64,000 bases of DNA from Terriglobia bacterium. Lineage in GTDB: Bacteria > Acidobacteriota > Terriglobia > 20CM-2-55-15. Shown here one piece after another: positions 48,749 through 59,123 of this stretch (its first letter is position 1; each line of letters starts with the position of its first letter). The position numbers and the translations under genes are program-made. Location: NCBI GenBank assembly GCA_965198225.1, contig CBDAOY010000008.1:224001-288000 (forward strand). The letters run 5' to 3'. Under the pieces are notes generated by a model. It had not been told where the DNA came from. It ran no database searches and saw nothing but the letters and a program-made list of their open reading frames with translations.

Positions 48749-49506
48749 ATCTGGCACCTCTGTTCTCACGCACATCGGGTGGGAAGGCGAGGGGAGACCA
48801 TACCTGTGCGCCGACGGGGAAGTCGAATCCCTCCGGCGCGACGCCGACGACGGTGTATGCCTCGCCGTCGAGCGTGATCGCCTGGCCCAGGACGGAAGGA
48901 TCGGCGCCAAAGCGTCTGCTCCAGAGACCGTGGCCCAGGATCACGCGGTACCGGTTGGCGACCTGCTCTTCTTCGGGCAGGAAGGTTCGGCCCATGACCG
49001 GTTCGACGCCTAGGATTTCGAAGAACCCGGGAGATGCGAACATTCCCTGGATGCGTTCGGGTTCGTCGCGGCCTTCAAGATTGACGTCCCAGTACTCGTA
49101 AGCGGCGAGCGTTTCGTAAACGTCGCTTTGTTCCCGCCAGTCGAGGTAATTGGCCGGTGCAACTGAGAAACCTTCGAACTCGAACAGGCTGTCGGGAGAA
49201 CTCTCAGCGAGCATGACCAAGCGGTCGACGTCCTCGATCGGAAACGGGCGGAGAACGATGGCATCGATCACGCTGAAGATGGCCCCGTTGGCACCCAGGC
49301 CGAAGGCCAGCATGAGGCCGACGCTGGCGCTCAGCAACGGCTGCCGGGCGATCATCCGAAAGGAGAAATGGATATCTTGTTTGAAATTGTGCATTTAGGG
49401 CCTGATCCTCCAGTCCGGGAATCATACGGCTCCCGGCAGGCAAAGGTTCCGCCGAAGACTGCTTTGATTGTAATGACGGAGGTTTTCGAGCGTCTTTAAC
49501 AGCTAG

Positions 49507-49767
49507 TGGCCTGTAACAGAGAGAGTGATAGCGGCGTTGCGAGCGCAACGGTACCGGATTCTAGGAGCGCCGCCCGAGGAAATGCTGCTTCATTGCGAGA
49601 AGGCGCGACGACGAAGACGGTGCTGTTCCGCCGCAACCCGAAGGGACGATGGGCCTTGCCAGCCGCCTAGATGAGTCAGGAAACAGCGATGTTTTCCATC
49701 GGCGACGAGTCGGGAGAGGACCCGCAAGGCCCATCGGCGACGCTGTCACTATCTCTGTTACAGGCCA
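49507..49767. mobile_element. MITE-like palindromic element, copy E2 (261 bp)
   Basis: TIR TGGCCTGTAACAGAGAGAGTGATAGCG / CGCTGTCACTATCTCTGTTACAGGCCA; flanks CTAG and CTGG; internal similarity to E1. Confidence 0.8.
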
Positions 49768-49860
49768 CTGGGGCGGAACAAATCCCTGCGAGATGGCGTA
49801 CTTCCACAGCAACCCGGCAACAACTCTCACACGTTCCGGTGGATAGGAGAGGGAAGGATC

Positions 49861-52332
49861 ATGGATTCATGGTTTCGAGATCTTAAGTTCGGCGCCCGGA
49901 TTCTGTGGAAGGACCGTGGCTTCGCGACGACAGCCATTCTGACGCTGGCAATCTGCATCGGCGCCAACGCCGCAGTATTCACGATCGTGAACTCGGTGCT
50001 CTTGAGTCCGCTGCCCGTTCCCGAATCGGACCGGATCATGCTGGTGTCGAACCAGTACCCGAACGCCGGGGTGGGCGACAGCCCGAACAGCGGCGTGCCG
50101 GACTACTACGACCGGCTCCGGGACATCGATGTGTTCGGCGAGCAGGCCCTGTTCGGCGCCCAGGGGAGCACGCTGGACATCGACGGCACACCCCGTCGCG
50201 TTCGAGGTATGCGAGCGACCGCGTCGCTGTTTCGTCTCCTCGGGGTTGGGCCGGTGATCGGCCGAACGTTCGGTGAAGAAGACGGTGAGGTGGGTAACGA
50301 CCAGAAAATCATTCTCAGCCACGGACTGTGGCAGGAGCTGTTCGCCGGATCCTCCTCCGCGCTGGAGAGCGAAGTCCGGCTAAGCGGCCGTCCGTACACG
50401 GTCGTAGGTGTGATGCCGCCGGATTTTCTGTTTGTGGATCCCGAGGTTCGCTTCTGGACCCCGCTGGCTTTCACCGATGAGGACCGCTCCGATGATAATC
50501 GTCATAGCAACAACTGGCGCAACGTGGGCCGCCTGAAACCCGGCGCGACCATGGAGCAGGCGCAGGCTCAGGTCGACGCCTTGAACGCGGCGAACATGGA
50601 GCGGTTTCCATTCTTCCGGGAACCTCTCGAAAACGCCGGGTTCTACACGCGCGTTGAGCCGCTCCAGGAGATGCTCGTCCGCGATGTGCGATCGACGCTG
50701 TACCTGCTCTGGGGCGGGGCGTTCTTCGTCCTGCTGATCGGTGCGGTCAACATCGCCAACCTTGCGCTGGCCCGCTCGGGCCTCCGCCTGAAGGAACTGG
50801 CCACGCGTCTCGCGTTGGGAGCGGCACGCCCTCAGGTGGCGCGCCAACTGATTACGGAAAGCGTGATCGTAACGCTGTTGGGAGGCGTTGCGGGACTGGC
50901 GTTCGGATCATGGATACTGGGAGCCTTCGGCACCATCGGGCTCGACCAGCTTCCGCGTGCCGGCGAGATCCAGATGAACGCAACGGTCGTCGGCTTCACG
51001 CTTGCGATCGCGATCGTTGCGGGGATCTTGATCGGACTCGTCCCCCTCGGCTACGTGTTTCGATCGAACCTCAACCACGTGCTGCACGAGGAAAGCCGCA
51101 GCGGCTCCACGGGGCGTGGCGCACGGGCGATCCGGCGCGGCCTGGTCGTGGCCCAGGTCGGCTTCGCTTTCATCCTCCTCATCGGGGCGGGCCTTTTGCT
51201 GGCGAGCTTCCGCGAACTTCTGGAGGTGGATCCGGGTTTCCGACCCGAAGGTGTTCTGACGGCATCGGTCAGCCCCCCGTCGGTGCGGTATGAGGGAGGC
51301 GATGAGCTCCGCGCGTTCATGGACCGGGCTCTCGAGGGGATTCGCGCGATTCCCGGCGTCGAGGCGGCGGGCTCGACGACCAACGTGCCGTTCGGCGGCA
51401 ACTCGAGCGACAGCGTCATCCTGGCCGAGGGTTACGTCATGCAGCCCGGGGAATCTCTGATCTCCCCCCGGCGGCTGACCGTCACAACGGGCTACTTCGA
51501 GGCCATGGGCGTCGGGCTGGTCCGGGGACGGTTCTTCGGAGCTCAAGACACCGAGGACAGTCCCGGCGCCGTGATCGTCGACGAACGACTGGCGAACAAG
51601 TTCTGGGCGGGTCAGGATCCGATCGGCCGGCGCATGTACATGCCCAGCGACCCGAACGACCTGCTCAAGACCGACGAGAACACCGAGTGGCTCCATGTCG
51701 TCGGCGTCGTGAACGAAGTCCGGTTCGACGACCTGGCAGGGAACCGCAACCAGGCCGGCGCCTACTACTTTTCCTACATGCAGAGCCCGACGCGGGGCAT
51801 CACGTTTGCCGTCCGGACGGCGATGAACCCCGAGTCGCTGACCGAGACGCTGCGCGCCCGGATCGCCGCGGTCTACCCGCAGTTGCCGGTGTTCAACGTC
51901 CGGACGATGTCGGAGCGGATGGAACTGTCTCTGATGCCCCGCCGAGCTTCGATGCTTCTGGCGATAGGGTTCGGGACCATCGCGCTACTTCTGTCGGCAA
52001 TCGGGATCTACGGAGTCCTGGCCTACCTGGTCACCCAGCGCACGAAGGAGATTGGCATCCGCATCGCGCTGGGCGGCACGGCGCGACGGATCTTCTCGAT
52101 GGTGTTGCGCGAAGGAGCCCTGCTGGTTGGCGGCGGCCTCGTCCTGGGGCTTGGCGGGATCTTCGCGCTGCGACAGGCCGTCGGTAACCTTGTCTACGGC
52201 GTCGGGCCGACAGACCCGCTCGTGATCAGCGCTGTCGTTGCCACTCTCGCGGTGGTGGCGGTCGCGGCCTGTGCGCTGCCGGCTCGCCGGGCAACCCTCG
52301 TGGACCCGATCATCACCTTGAACGAACAGTAG
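49861..52332 (+). CDS. ADOP-family duplicated ABC permease (2x MacB-PCD + FtsX)
   Basis: DLKFGARILWK, LAICIGANAAVFT, ELATRLALGA, EIGIRIALGG, VDPIITLNEQ. Confidence 0.92.
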   Translation: MDSWFRDLKFGARILWKDRGFATTAILTLAICIGANAAVFTIVNSVLLSPLPVPESDRIMLVSNQYPNAGVGDSPNSGVPDYYDRLRDIDVFGEQALFGAQGSTLDIDGTPRRVRGMRATASLFRLLGVGPVIGRTFGEEDGEVGNDQKIILSHGLWQELFAGSSSALESEVRLSGRPYTVVGVMPPDFLFVDPEVRFWTPLAFTDEDRSDDNRHSNNWRNVGRLKPGATMEQAQAQVDALNAANMERFPFFREPLENAGFYTRVEPLQEMLVRDVRSTLYLLWGGAFFVLLIGAVNIANLALARSGLRLKELATRLALGAARPQVARQLITESVIVTLLGGVAGLAFGSWILGAFGTIGLDQLPRAGEIQMNATVVGFTLAIAIVAGILIGLVPLGYVFRSNLNHVLHEESRSGSTGRGARAIRRGLVVAQVGFAFILLIGAGLLLASFRELLEVDPGFRPEGVLTASVSPPSVRYEGGDELRAFMDRALEGIRAIPGVEAAGSTTNVPFGGNSSDSVILAEGYVMQPGESLISPRRLTVTTGYFEAMGVGLVRGRFFGAQDTEDSPGAVIVDERLANKFWAGQDPIGRRMYMPSDPNDLLKTDENTEWLHVVGVVNEVRFDDLAGNRNQAGAYYFSYMQSPTRGITFAVRTAMNPESLTETLRARIAAVYPQLPVFNVRTMSERMELSLMPRRASMLLAIGFGTIALLLSAIGIYGVLAYLVTQRTKEIGIRIALGGTARRIFSMVLREGALLVGGGLVLGLGGIFALRQAVGNLVYGVGPTDPLVISAVVATLAVVAVAACALPARRATLVDPIITLNEQ

Positions 52333-52624
52333 CGTCCAGTGTTTCCGGGTCGATTGCCCAGAGCTTCCGGGTTGATTCGCCGGACGGGCCCCGTGGGGGA
52401 GTCTTCGCTCCGCGGCCGTCTCCCAAACCCGTCCGTTCCCCTCGGAGCCCGTCAGCGGTCGTTTTCAACCCCCCCCAAATGCAGTGTGACGGCGTGTCCT
52501 GAGTTGGAAGCAGCGTCGCATGATTCCCGACGCCAGCCCACTTTTAACAAACTCTTGCTTGCTTGTCGGATGACCGGGAGTCAAACTTTTTCAATTGGCA
52601 AGATGCCGCGGATGGAGGGGAACA

Positions 52625-53164
52625 ATGATTATGAGGATCAACCTGCCTTCGCTGCTGGTTCTGGCAGCAGCCTTTCTTTTTGCCACCTCGACCAGTGCAC
52701 AGGTCCAGACGAATCCGTGGGGAGCGCGTGAGCAGTCGGGCTACGGAAGACCCACGCCGCTGCCGCGTTTCGGGGACGAGAAACAAGTTCCGATCTTACC
52801 CGCGCTGGACAATCCGTTCGGCGGCGCCGTGATCGAGCTGGCCCTCGAGATTACGGAATTTCAAAGAGAACAAGCTGTGCCGATCGTGGAGGCCGCCCGG
52901 GCAGCCGCCGAGCCACTGTTAGTCGACCTCGCACAGTCCCGTCAAGACCTCGAGTACGCGGTGAACTCCGCCGCCGGTGTCGCCGAGATTGACGCGCTCG
53001 CGACGCTCCAGGGGCAGCTGCTCGGACAACTCGCGGCTATCGGGGCGAACGCAAGGATTCAGATTCGGGCTCTCCTTACACCCGACCAGATCGACAAACT
53101 GGACGAGATCCGTGAGCGATTCGAGTCCCGTAGTCGTGAGAGACGGGCAAGACGGCGTCCGTAG
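52625..53164 (+). CDS. Spy/CpxP-like periplasmic protein
   Basis: GGAGG RBS, signal peptide, helical body, LLTPDQ (LTxxQ) motif. Confidence 0.7.
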   Translation: MIMRINLPSLLVLAAAFLFATSTSAQVQTNPWGAREQSGYGRPTPLPRFGDEKQVPILPALDNPFGGAVIELALEITEFQREQAVPIVEAARAAAEPLLVDLAQSRQDLEYAVNSAAGVAEIDALATLQGQLLGQLAAIGANARIQIRALLTPDQIDKLDEIRERFESRSRERRARRRP

Positions 53165-53169
53165 CCCTT

Positions 53170-53853
53170 TTAGGCGGTAGCCTTCTTCGCCTTTTGTTCC
53201 ACCGCCTTTTCTATATAGGCCGGAGCGTCGGGCGTCTTGCAGCTGGTCTCGCCGTGGTCGACTTCAACCTTGCCGATAGTTCTTGCCGCTGCCAGGGCTT
53301 TCTTCCGAAGTTTCGGGTTGCGGATCCCGATCGCGATAAGTGCAGAGTTCATGGCGTCCCGGACCCTGTTCTTGCGGTCGTGGATCTCGCTTTCGATCGT
53401 GTCCAGATGGACGTCGAAGAAGCTGTCCGGCAGTTCGTCGTCGCTCATCGCCAGGTGAGCCAGTAGCTGCCACCCGGATCGTGCCACCCATTCACCCTTG
53501 GAAGTGTTCCACTTCTCGAACCTGCTGCGACAGTGCGCGGAGCGCGCGACGAGCCCGGAGAACGCATCGGTGATCGGGTAGCAGTCGAGATCTCGAGCCC
53601 ACTTGTCGGCCGATGCCTTTGTCAGTGCCCCCGGATCGGCGACCATGCAGGCCAGGACGCGGGCATCGTGGTTGCCGCTGGCCCAAAGGTCTTGCGCCAG
53701 CCGGTGATCCGTCTTGGCCCGCTTGGCCAGCTTCTTGAGGTTGGTATAACTGACACCGTACATACTCGACCCGACCCCATGTCGCGCATAGACCTTCCGG
53801 TTCTGGGCCGTTCCCATCGCTTTCAACAGCTTCAACATCTCCTTGCTCGTCAT
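53170..53853 (-). CDS. DNA alkylation repair protein (AlkD-like HEAT repeat)
   Basis: LAQDLWASGNHDARVLA, AMNSALIAIG, IGKVEVDHGETSCKTPDA. Confidence 0.8.
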   Translation of the reverse strand: MTSKEMLKLLKAMGTAQNRKVYARHGVGSSMYGVSYTNLKKLAKRAKTDHRLAQDLWASGNHDARVLACMVADPGALTKASADKWARDLDCYPITDAFSGLVARSAHCRSRFEKWNTSKGEWVARSGWQLLAHLAMSDDELPDSFFDVHLDTIESEIHDRKNRVRDAMNSALIAIGIRNPKLRKKALAAARTIGKVEVDHGETSCKTPDAPAYIEKAVEQKAKKATA

Positions 53854-54044
53854 CGTTCCGTACTCCTCGGTGTATCCGTCAGGCATTCCCGGTGCACGCT
53901 ACCGGCAATGTTTTCACGCCCCGCACGACGATTTCTCGTCGGCAGCCTAACGCCTCCCCGCGTGCGATCAAACGCAAATCGGAAAGAGGGAAGGGATTCG
54001 CTTTGTGTTCCGACGCCGCGATGTCGATTCAGCCGGTCGAGCTC

Positions 54045-56714
54045 TCACTCCTGACGGAGAGCCGCGAGCGGGTCGACCCGGGTGGACCGGCGTGCCGGCA
54101 GGTAGCAGGCGAGCATCGTGAGGAGGCCCAGCAGGACCGGCGCACCGACGACAACGATCGGGTCCGTCGTCGTCGTCTCCGTGATGGTCGTCAGTGCATC
54201 GAAATAGGAACCCATGGCCCTGGTCGTCCCAAACGCCAGAATCTGGCCGATGAAGGTTCCGACCACGACCAGGATCGCGCCCTCCTTCAGCACGAGCTTG
54301 AGGACCTGTGTCCTCTGGGCGCCCAGCGCCATGCGGATGCCGATCTCCTTGGCTCGTTGCGCGACCGCGTAGGCGGTGACTCCTCCGAGCCCGACTGCGG
54401 CGAGGATCAACCCGAAGACACCGATCCCGCCGTAGACGAACATAACCAGTCGGACCATGTACATCATCGTTTCAATCTGGTCGCTGAGCAGGCTGACGTT
54501 GAAGAGCGTCAGATTGGGATCGATGGCCGCGATCTCATTTCGGATCGCGCTCCGGATGTCGACGCCGGGATCGGTGCGCACCAGCAGCGTGACTCCCTGC
54601 GCTGAAGGGCGCTCGAAACCGGACGGCGGCATCGGCAGGAAGACGCCCATCCTGGATCGTTCCAGAATCGCTCCGGATCGAAAATCCGGAGCGACGCCGA
54701 TCACTTCGTAGCGATCCTGCTCGACGTCGAGAACCTGGCCGACCGGATCTTCCCCCGGCCAGGTTTCCGAAGCCATGGTCTCGTTGACGATCACGACGCG
54801 AGAATCTTCCGTCTCGTCTGCTGGTCTGAAACTCCGGCCCGGTGCGATTTCGACGCCGACAACTTCGAAGAATCCTTCGCCGACCCGTTCGCTCCGGATG
54901 CTTCGTGCGAGTCGCGCGGATTCGCCCAGGTCGGTGCTGGCCCGGAGTGACTCCTCATCGCCAAACATTCCCAACGGGATGGTCTGGGTCAGGCTGGCAT
55001 GCCGCACGCCCGGAATCCGGCGGATCTGCTCCGGGAGGCGGGAGAAAAATTCCTTCGCCTGCTCTCCGGAGTACCCGTCCCTGACCGGATCGAGCGACAT
55101 CATGTAGAGATTCCGAACGTCGAAACCGAGTTCGACGTTGCCGGACCGCGCAAACCCGAGGACGACAAATCCGGTGAGAAGAAGCAACATGAGCGATCCT
55201 GCGACCTGCTGGAGGACGAGGCCGTTGCGCATGCTGAACCAGCGGTATTTCTTCATCCTCATGTCGGCTCCGCTCTTCAGAGCGGGCGCCACGTCGGCCT
55301 TTGCCGCCTGGAGAGCCGGCGCCAGGCCGAATAGGATTCCGGAGAGAATGCTCAGGCCCAGCGTGAAGAGCAGGGCCGCCCAGCTTATTTCCAGCTCGAA
55401 AGTCATGTATTCGGGGATCATCAGTTCGATCCAGTCCGTTGTCGAGATGGACCACCAGGCAAAGGCGAACCCGACGACTCCTCCGAGCAGGGCCAGGATG
55501 GTGCTTTCTGTGATCAACTGCCGGACGATACGGCCCCGGCTGGCTCCGACCGACAATCGGATCGCGATCTCCTTGGCCCGTGCGCTGCCGCGGGCAAGAA
55601 GGAGCGTTCCGACATTCGAGCAGGCGATCAACAGCGCAAGTCCAACCAGGATCAGGGGGAAGCCCATCACCACGGGGAGATCTTCATCCCGGATCGGCAT
55701 CAGCCTGCCCCCGGCAACCAGGGTAATGCGCCTGCCTTCTCGTATGTCTCTCTCGCCGGCGTCCACCTCCTGCTGGCGGATCATCGCGTCGAGCGCCGCC
55801 TCGGCCTGCTGTCGGGTGACATCGAGAGAGAGCCGTCCAACCACGCTGAACGCTGCGATGTCTCTGTCACGGAGTTTGCCGGACCCGAGTTCCGGGGCGA
55901 TCCTCGGGTCCACTGTCGTGGGCAGCCAGATGTCCGCCGCTGCGAGGACCGGAAGGGCGCCGAAGAAGTCCTCTTCGGCCACACCGATGATCGTCGCCGG
56001 GTACCCGTTGATCCGCAGTATCGATCCAACCACATCGGGATCGCCGCCGAGACGGCCCCGCCAGAATCTGTGGCTGACGACCACAGTTGCCGGAGATCCC
56101 TGGACCCGTTCCGGTCCGGCGAACGTTCGGCCCATCACCGCTCCGGTCTGCAGGACGTCGAAGTAGTTCGGTGTGACCAGGTGACCCCAGGCGCGGCTCG
56201 ATCGATCGTCGGTCTTAACCACAAACGGAACCGGAGAAATGTAGGCCGCAATCGCGGAAAACTGTCCGCTGTTGTCCTGGAAATTTTCGTAGTCGGGGTA
56301 TGAGACCGGCCTGAGCGACGATACGAGTTCGTCCGGGTTTCCGACGGTAGGGATGTCGCGCACGATGAGCGACTCCATCTGGCTGAATGTCGTCGTCGTC
56401 AGGCCGATGCCGATTCCGATCGAGACGATCGAGGCAATCGTGAAGCCTTTCGATCGGGCCAGCATGCGAATCGCGTAGCGCGCGTCCTGGGCCAGCTCGT
56501 AGGCATGTTCGATCGGAACACGGACCGCCAGGTCGAGCAGGAGCTGCGCAATCATGGTGAGCAGGTTGCCCCAGCCGTGACGCTGGGCCGCGTCGCGGAG
56601 GATGTGGTTCGTGTCCTGGATCATCTCTCGCTCGTGGTCGAGGCGAAACTCGTCAGGGAAGGCCCGAACCAACTTCCGGTAGAGCCAGAGTGAAAAAGCC
56701 ATCGTGATCTTCAT
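54045..56714 (-). CDS. ADOP-family duplicated ABC permease with N-terminal prefix domain
   Basis: LYRKLVRAFPDEFR prefix, LLIACSNVG, EIGIRMALGA, VDPLAALRQE; ATGA overlap with padR. Confidence 0.92.
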   Translation of the reverse strand: MKITMAFSLWLYRKLVRAFPDEFRLDHEREMIQDTNHILRDAAQRHGWGNLLTMIAQLLLDLAVRVPIEHAYELAQDARYAIRMLARSKGFTIASIVSIGIGIGLTTTTFSQMESLIVRDIPTVGNPDELVSSLRPVSYPDYENFQDNSGQFSAIAAYISPVPFVVKTDDRSSRAWGHLVTPNYFDVLQTGAVMGRTFAGPERVQGSPATVVVSHRFWRGRLGGDPDVVGSILRINGYPATIIGVAEEDFFGALPVLAAADIWLPTTVDPRIAPELGSGKLRDRDIAAFSVVGRLSLDVTRQQAEAALDAMIRQQEVDAGERDIREGRRITLVAGGRLMPIRDEDLPVVMGFPLILVGLALLIACSNVGTLLLARGSARAKEIAIRLSVGASRGRIVRQLITESTILALLGGVVGFAFAWWSISTTDWIELMIPEYMTFELEISWAALLFTLGLSILSGILFGLAPALQAAKADVAPALKSGADMRMKKYRWFSMRNGLVLQQVAGSLMLLLLTGFVVLGFARSGNVELGFDVRNLYMMSLDPVRDGYSGEQAKEFFSRLPEQIRRIPGVRHASLTQTIPLGMFGDEESLRASTDLGESARLARSIRSERVGEGFFEVVGVEIAPGRSFRPADETEDSRVVIVNETMASETWPGEDPVGQVLDVEQDRYEVIGVAPDFRSGAILERSRMGVFLPMPPSGFERPSAQGVTLLVRTDPGVDIRSAIRNEIAAIDPNLTLFNVSLLSDQIETMMYMVRLVMFVYGGIGVFGLILAAVGLGGVTAYAVAQRAKEIGIRMALGAQRTQVLKLVLKEGAILVVVGTFIGQILAFGTTRAMGSYFDALTTITETTTTDPIVVVGAPVLLGLLTMLACYLPARRSTRVDPLAALRQE

Positions 56715-57079
56715 CGGGCACGCGCCTCACCCTCGAGTGCCGCACGCTTGCTGTGGATGACCTCGACGAGCTGTTCCAGCCGCTCGCATTCGGCTTCCAG
56801 CAAGCGTTGCCCGTCCCTCGTCAGACGGTAATAGCGTCGCCGTTCGTCGTCGTCCTCAGGCGCAGGTCGCTCGTCGGATTCTTCGATCAGCCCTTCTTCT
56901 ATCAACCGTCGGATCGTTCCGTAGAGCGTGGCCGGCCACAGCCGGATCTTCTGGTCGGTCCGTTCGAGCACTTCCTGCATGATCCCGTAGCCGTGCTGTT
57001 CGCGGCCGGAAAGCGAAAGGAGAATATGAAACCAGTTCGCCCGGAGGGGCAGGAATGAGTCGAGTCGCTTCCTGTTCAT
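56711..57079 (-). CDS. PadR-family transcriptional regulator
   Basis: HILLSL, HGYGIMQEV, PATLYGTIRRL, RRRYYRLT. Confidence 0.92.
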   Translation of the reverse strand: MNRKRLDSFLPLRANWFHILLSLSGREQHGYGIMQEVLERTDQKIRLWPATLYGTIRRLIEEGLIEESDERPAPEDDDERRRYYRLTRDGQRLLEAECERLEQLVEVIHSKRAALEGEARAR

Positions 57080-57088
57080 AATAGGATC

Positions 57089-57121
57089 AGTATAATATAT
57101 ATATCAATAAAGATATATATA
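57089..57121 (-). promoter_or_regulatory. padR promoter with palindromic operator
   Basis: TATATATATC-N6-GATATATATA (57096-57121); TATACT -10 box 9 nt before ATG, so probably near-leaderless. Confidence 0.65.
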
Positions 57122-57242
57122 AATCATTAGTCTTTGGGGTCCTCCTCGTTTCAAGACGGATCGGTCTAGATTTTGATTGCCAAATACTGGTCATACCGCC
57201 CACGCTTTGTTACCCTGATCCTGCTTTGGTCCGTGGGGGAAA

Positions 57243-57827
57243 GTGGTGATTCAAAAAATCTTGCGTAGGCCCGTACGCTGGCTCGTGGTTCTAGCTCTTT
57301 TTGTTGCGGTCGTTCCATCACAGGCGCAGAGCCGGCAGCAGCGTGAAGAGCAGCAGCGCCGCGCAGCGGAACAGTTGCAACTGGACCGTCTGAACCGCTT
57401 CGTCGACGATGTTCATCTGCTCTATGAGGCCAGTGGCGAACTGGTTTCCTACCGGGTACGCCCGGAAATGACGTCGTCGGAAATCCGGGTGATCACCGAC
57501 AGGTCCAGGGATCTGGACAGGCAGGCCACCCGAATCATTTCGTTCATCGAGAACGTTGCGCCCTACGTCAAGGGGAACACCGAAGACCTCTGGATAATAC
57601 GACCCCTGAATGAGAGTCCGACTCTCGAAGACAGGTTGACGCTCATCCTGGCGCTCGTCTATCGCGTCGAACCCAAGATCAATCACCTGATCGACCTGAT
57701 GAGCGGTGAGAGCCATCCGGCGATTGAACTCCAGGATCTCCAGGTTGAAGCATCGCTCCCATACCTTGTGGTTGGCGGACTCCAGGTGATCAAGGATCTG
57801 ACCGTCGAGCTACGCGGCACGTTCTAA
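57243..57827 (+). CDS. Hypothetical exported protein
   Basis: Signal-like N-terminus, helical composition, fills intergenic space. Confidence 0.6.
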   Translation: MVIQKILRRPVRWLVVLALFVAVVPSQAQSRQQREEQQRRAAEQLQLDRLNRFVDDVHLLYEASGELVSYRVRPEMTSSEIRVITDRSRDLDRQATRIISFIENVAPYVKGNTEDLWIIRPLNESPTLEDRLTLILALVYRVEPKINHLIDLMSGESHPAIELQDLQVEASLPYLVVGGLQVIKDLTVELRGTF

Positions 57828-57937
57828 GCGTCGCGGCCTCCCAGCTTCTCAAGGTCGAGACCTCCCCGATAGCGGGCTGAAACCTTCCGGATCGGGTCAG
57901 CCCACTGCTGCAGGAACCAGCCCGGGGCATACCCGCA

Positions 57938-58438
57938 ATGGGACATCGAGACGAGCCGAACTCGAACCAAGCGCCCGGTCCGGAGCCCGGCTGGCGAGAA
58001 GATCCCCGCCTGCGGGGCCGCTTTCACCGGCAGTGTCTGGACGACATTCAAGTGCTCGTCCACGACGGCGGTCCCCGATTCTCGTCGCACCGGCCCGAGG
58101 CCGTGTGGGTCACCGTGACCGAATGCCGAGGCGATGTCTTCCGCGGAGTGCTGGTTAACCAGCCCGAGCAACTGCGCCGGGTGTCGAAGGGCGATTCCGT
58201 ACGATTCATCGTGCCCGAGTCCGGCCCGTACCCGCTCCAGGTTTCAGAGAAATACTTGCGTGAGCGAGCCGACTGGGCCATCCACCCTTGCGACGGATGC
58301 GGTTTGTCCGAACTGTTCGATGCGCCCACGGACTTGATCGACAGCGTCTTCGACGTGTCGGACGGTTTCGTGCCGGAGGTGTTCACCGCCCTTTGTGCGG
58401 CATGCGGAGGGCAGTTGATCGTTCAACGAGCGGAATAG
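57938..58438 (+). CDS. Hypothetical protein with C-terminal CxxC..CxxC motif
   Basis: EAVWVTV..FRGVLVNQP (DUF2314-like) then CDGC and CAAC. Confidence 0.55.
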   Translation: MGHRDEPNSNQAPGPEPGWREDPRLRGRFHRQCLDDIQVLVHDGGPRFSSHRPEAVWVTVTECRGDVFRGVLVNQPEQLRRVSKGDSVRFIVPESGPYPLQVSEKYLRERADWAIHPCDGCGLSELFDAPTDLIDSVFDVSDGFVPEVFTALCAACGGQLIVQRAE

Positions 58439-58457
58439 CCAAGGGAACATTGATCCT

Positions 58458-59123
58458 GTGAAGAAGTACGTATCGGAAGTGATCGGGACCTTCGCGCTGG
58501 TGTTTGCAGGAACCGGGGCGATCGTCATTGGAGACACCGCGGGGACGGTTTCCCACGTCGGTGTCGCGCTGACGTTCGGGCTCGTGGTCATGGCTATGAT
58601 CTACGCTCTGGGGGACATTTCCGGCGCGCATCTGAACCCCGCGGTGACACTGGGTTTCTACGTCGCTCGTCGCATGGAACTGACCGAGGTCGGGCCGTAC
58701 ATCTTGAGTCAGTCTGCCGGAGCCGTTCTGGCCAGCGGTGCTATCTTCTTCATGTTCCCGGCCCATCCCACCTTGGGTGCCACTCGACCGGCCGGCTCGC
58801 TGACGCAGTCCTTCCTGCTGGAAGTCATCCTGACGTGGATGCTGATGTTCGTCATCCTGAACGTGTCGACGGGAGCCAAGGAAAAAGGAATGACGGCCGG
58901 AATAGCGATCGGATCGGTCATCGCCTTCGAAGCGATGTTCGCCGGACCCGTGTCGGGTGCGTCGATGAACCCCGCGCGGTCGCTCGGCCCGGCGCTGGTC
59001 TCCGCCCGGATCGACGTCCTGTGGTTGTATTTTGCCGCACCCGCTCTCGGGGCGCTGCTCGCCGTCCCGACTTGCCGTTGCGTGCACGAAGACAACTGTT
59101 GCGCCGAGGAACCCTGCGCGTGA
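58458..59123 (+). CDS. MIP-family aquaporin/aquaglyceroporin, probably an arsenite channel
   Basis: SGAHLNPAVT and SMNPARS NPA motifs; Cys-rich tail; overlaps arsC start. Confidence 0.9.
   Translation: MKKYVSEVIGTFALVFAGTGAIVIGDTAGTVSHVGVALTFGLVVMAMIYALGDISGAHLNPAVTLGFYVARRMELTEVGPYILSQSAGAVLASGAIFFMFPAHPTLGATRPAGSLTQSFLLEVILTWMLMFVILNVSTGAKEKGMTAGIAIGSVIAFEAMFAGPVSGASMNPARSLGPALVSARIDVLWLYFAAPALGALLAVPTCRCVHEDNCCAEEPCA

Larger units (their letters stand above)
46662..49394 (-). pseudogene. ADOP-type duplicated ABC permease, IS-interrupted and internally deleted
   Basis: N-terminus 49394-48749, middle fragment 47429-47234 ending VLLIA, C-terminus 47233-46662 in another frame (EIGIRTALGA..VDPIQVLRNE). 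Confidence 0.88.

Noticed and set aside
58835-59119. Aquaporin-ArsC fusion or long ArsC
   Set aside because: Different frames with a normal GTGA stop/start overlap
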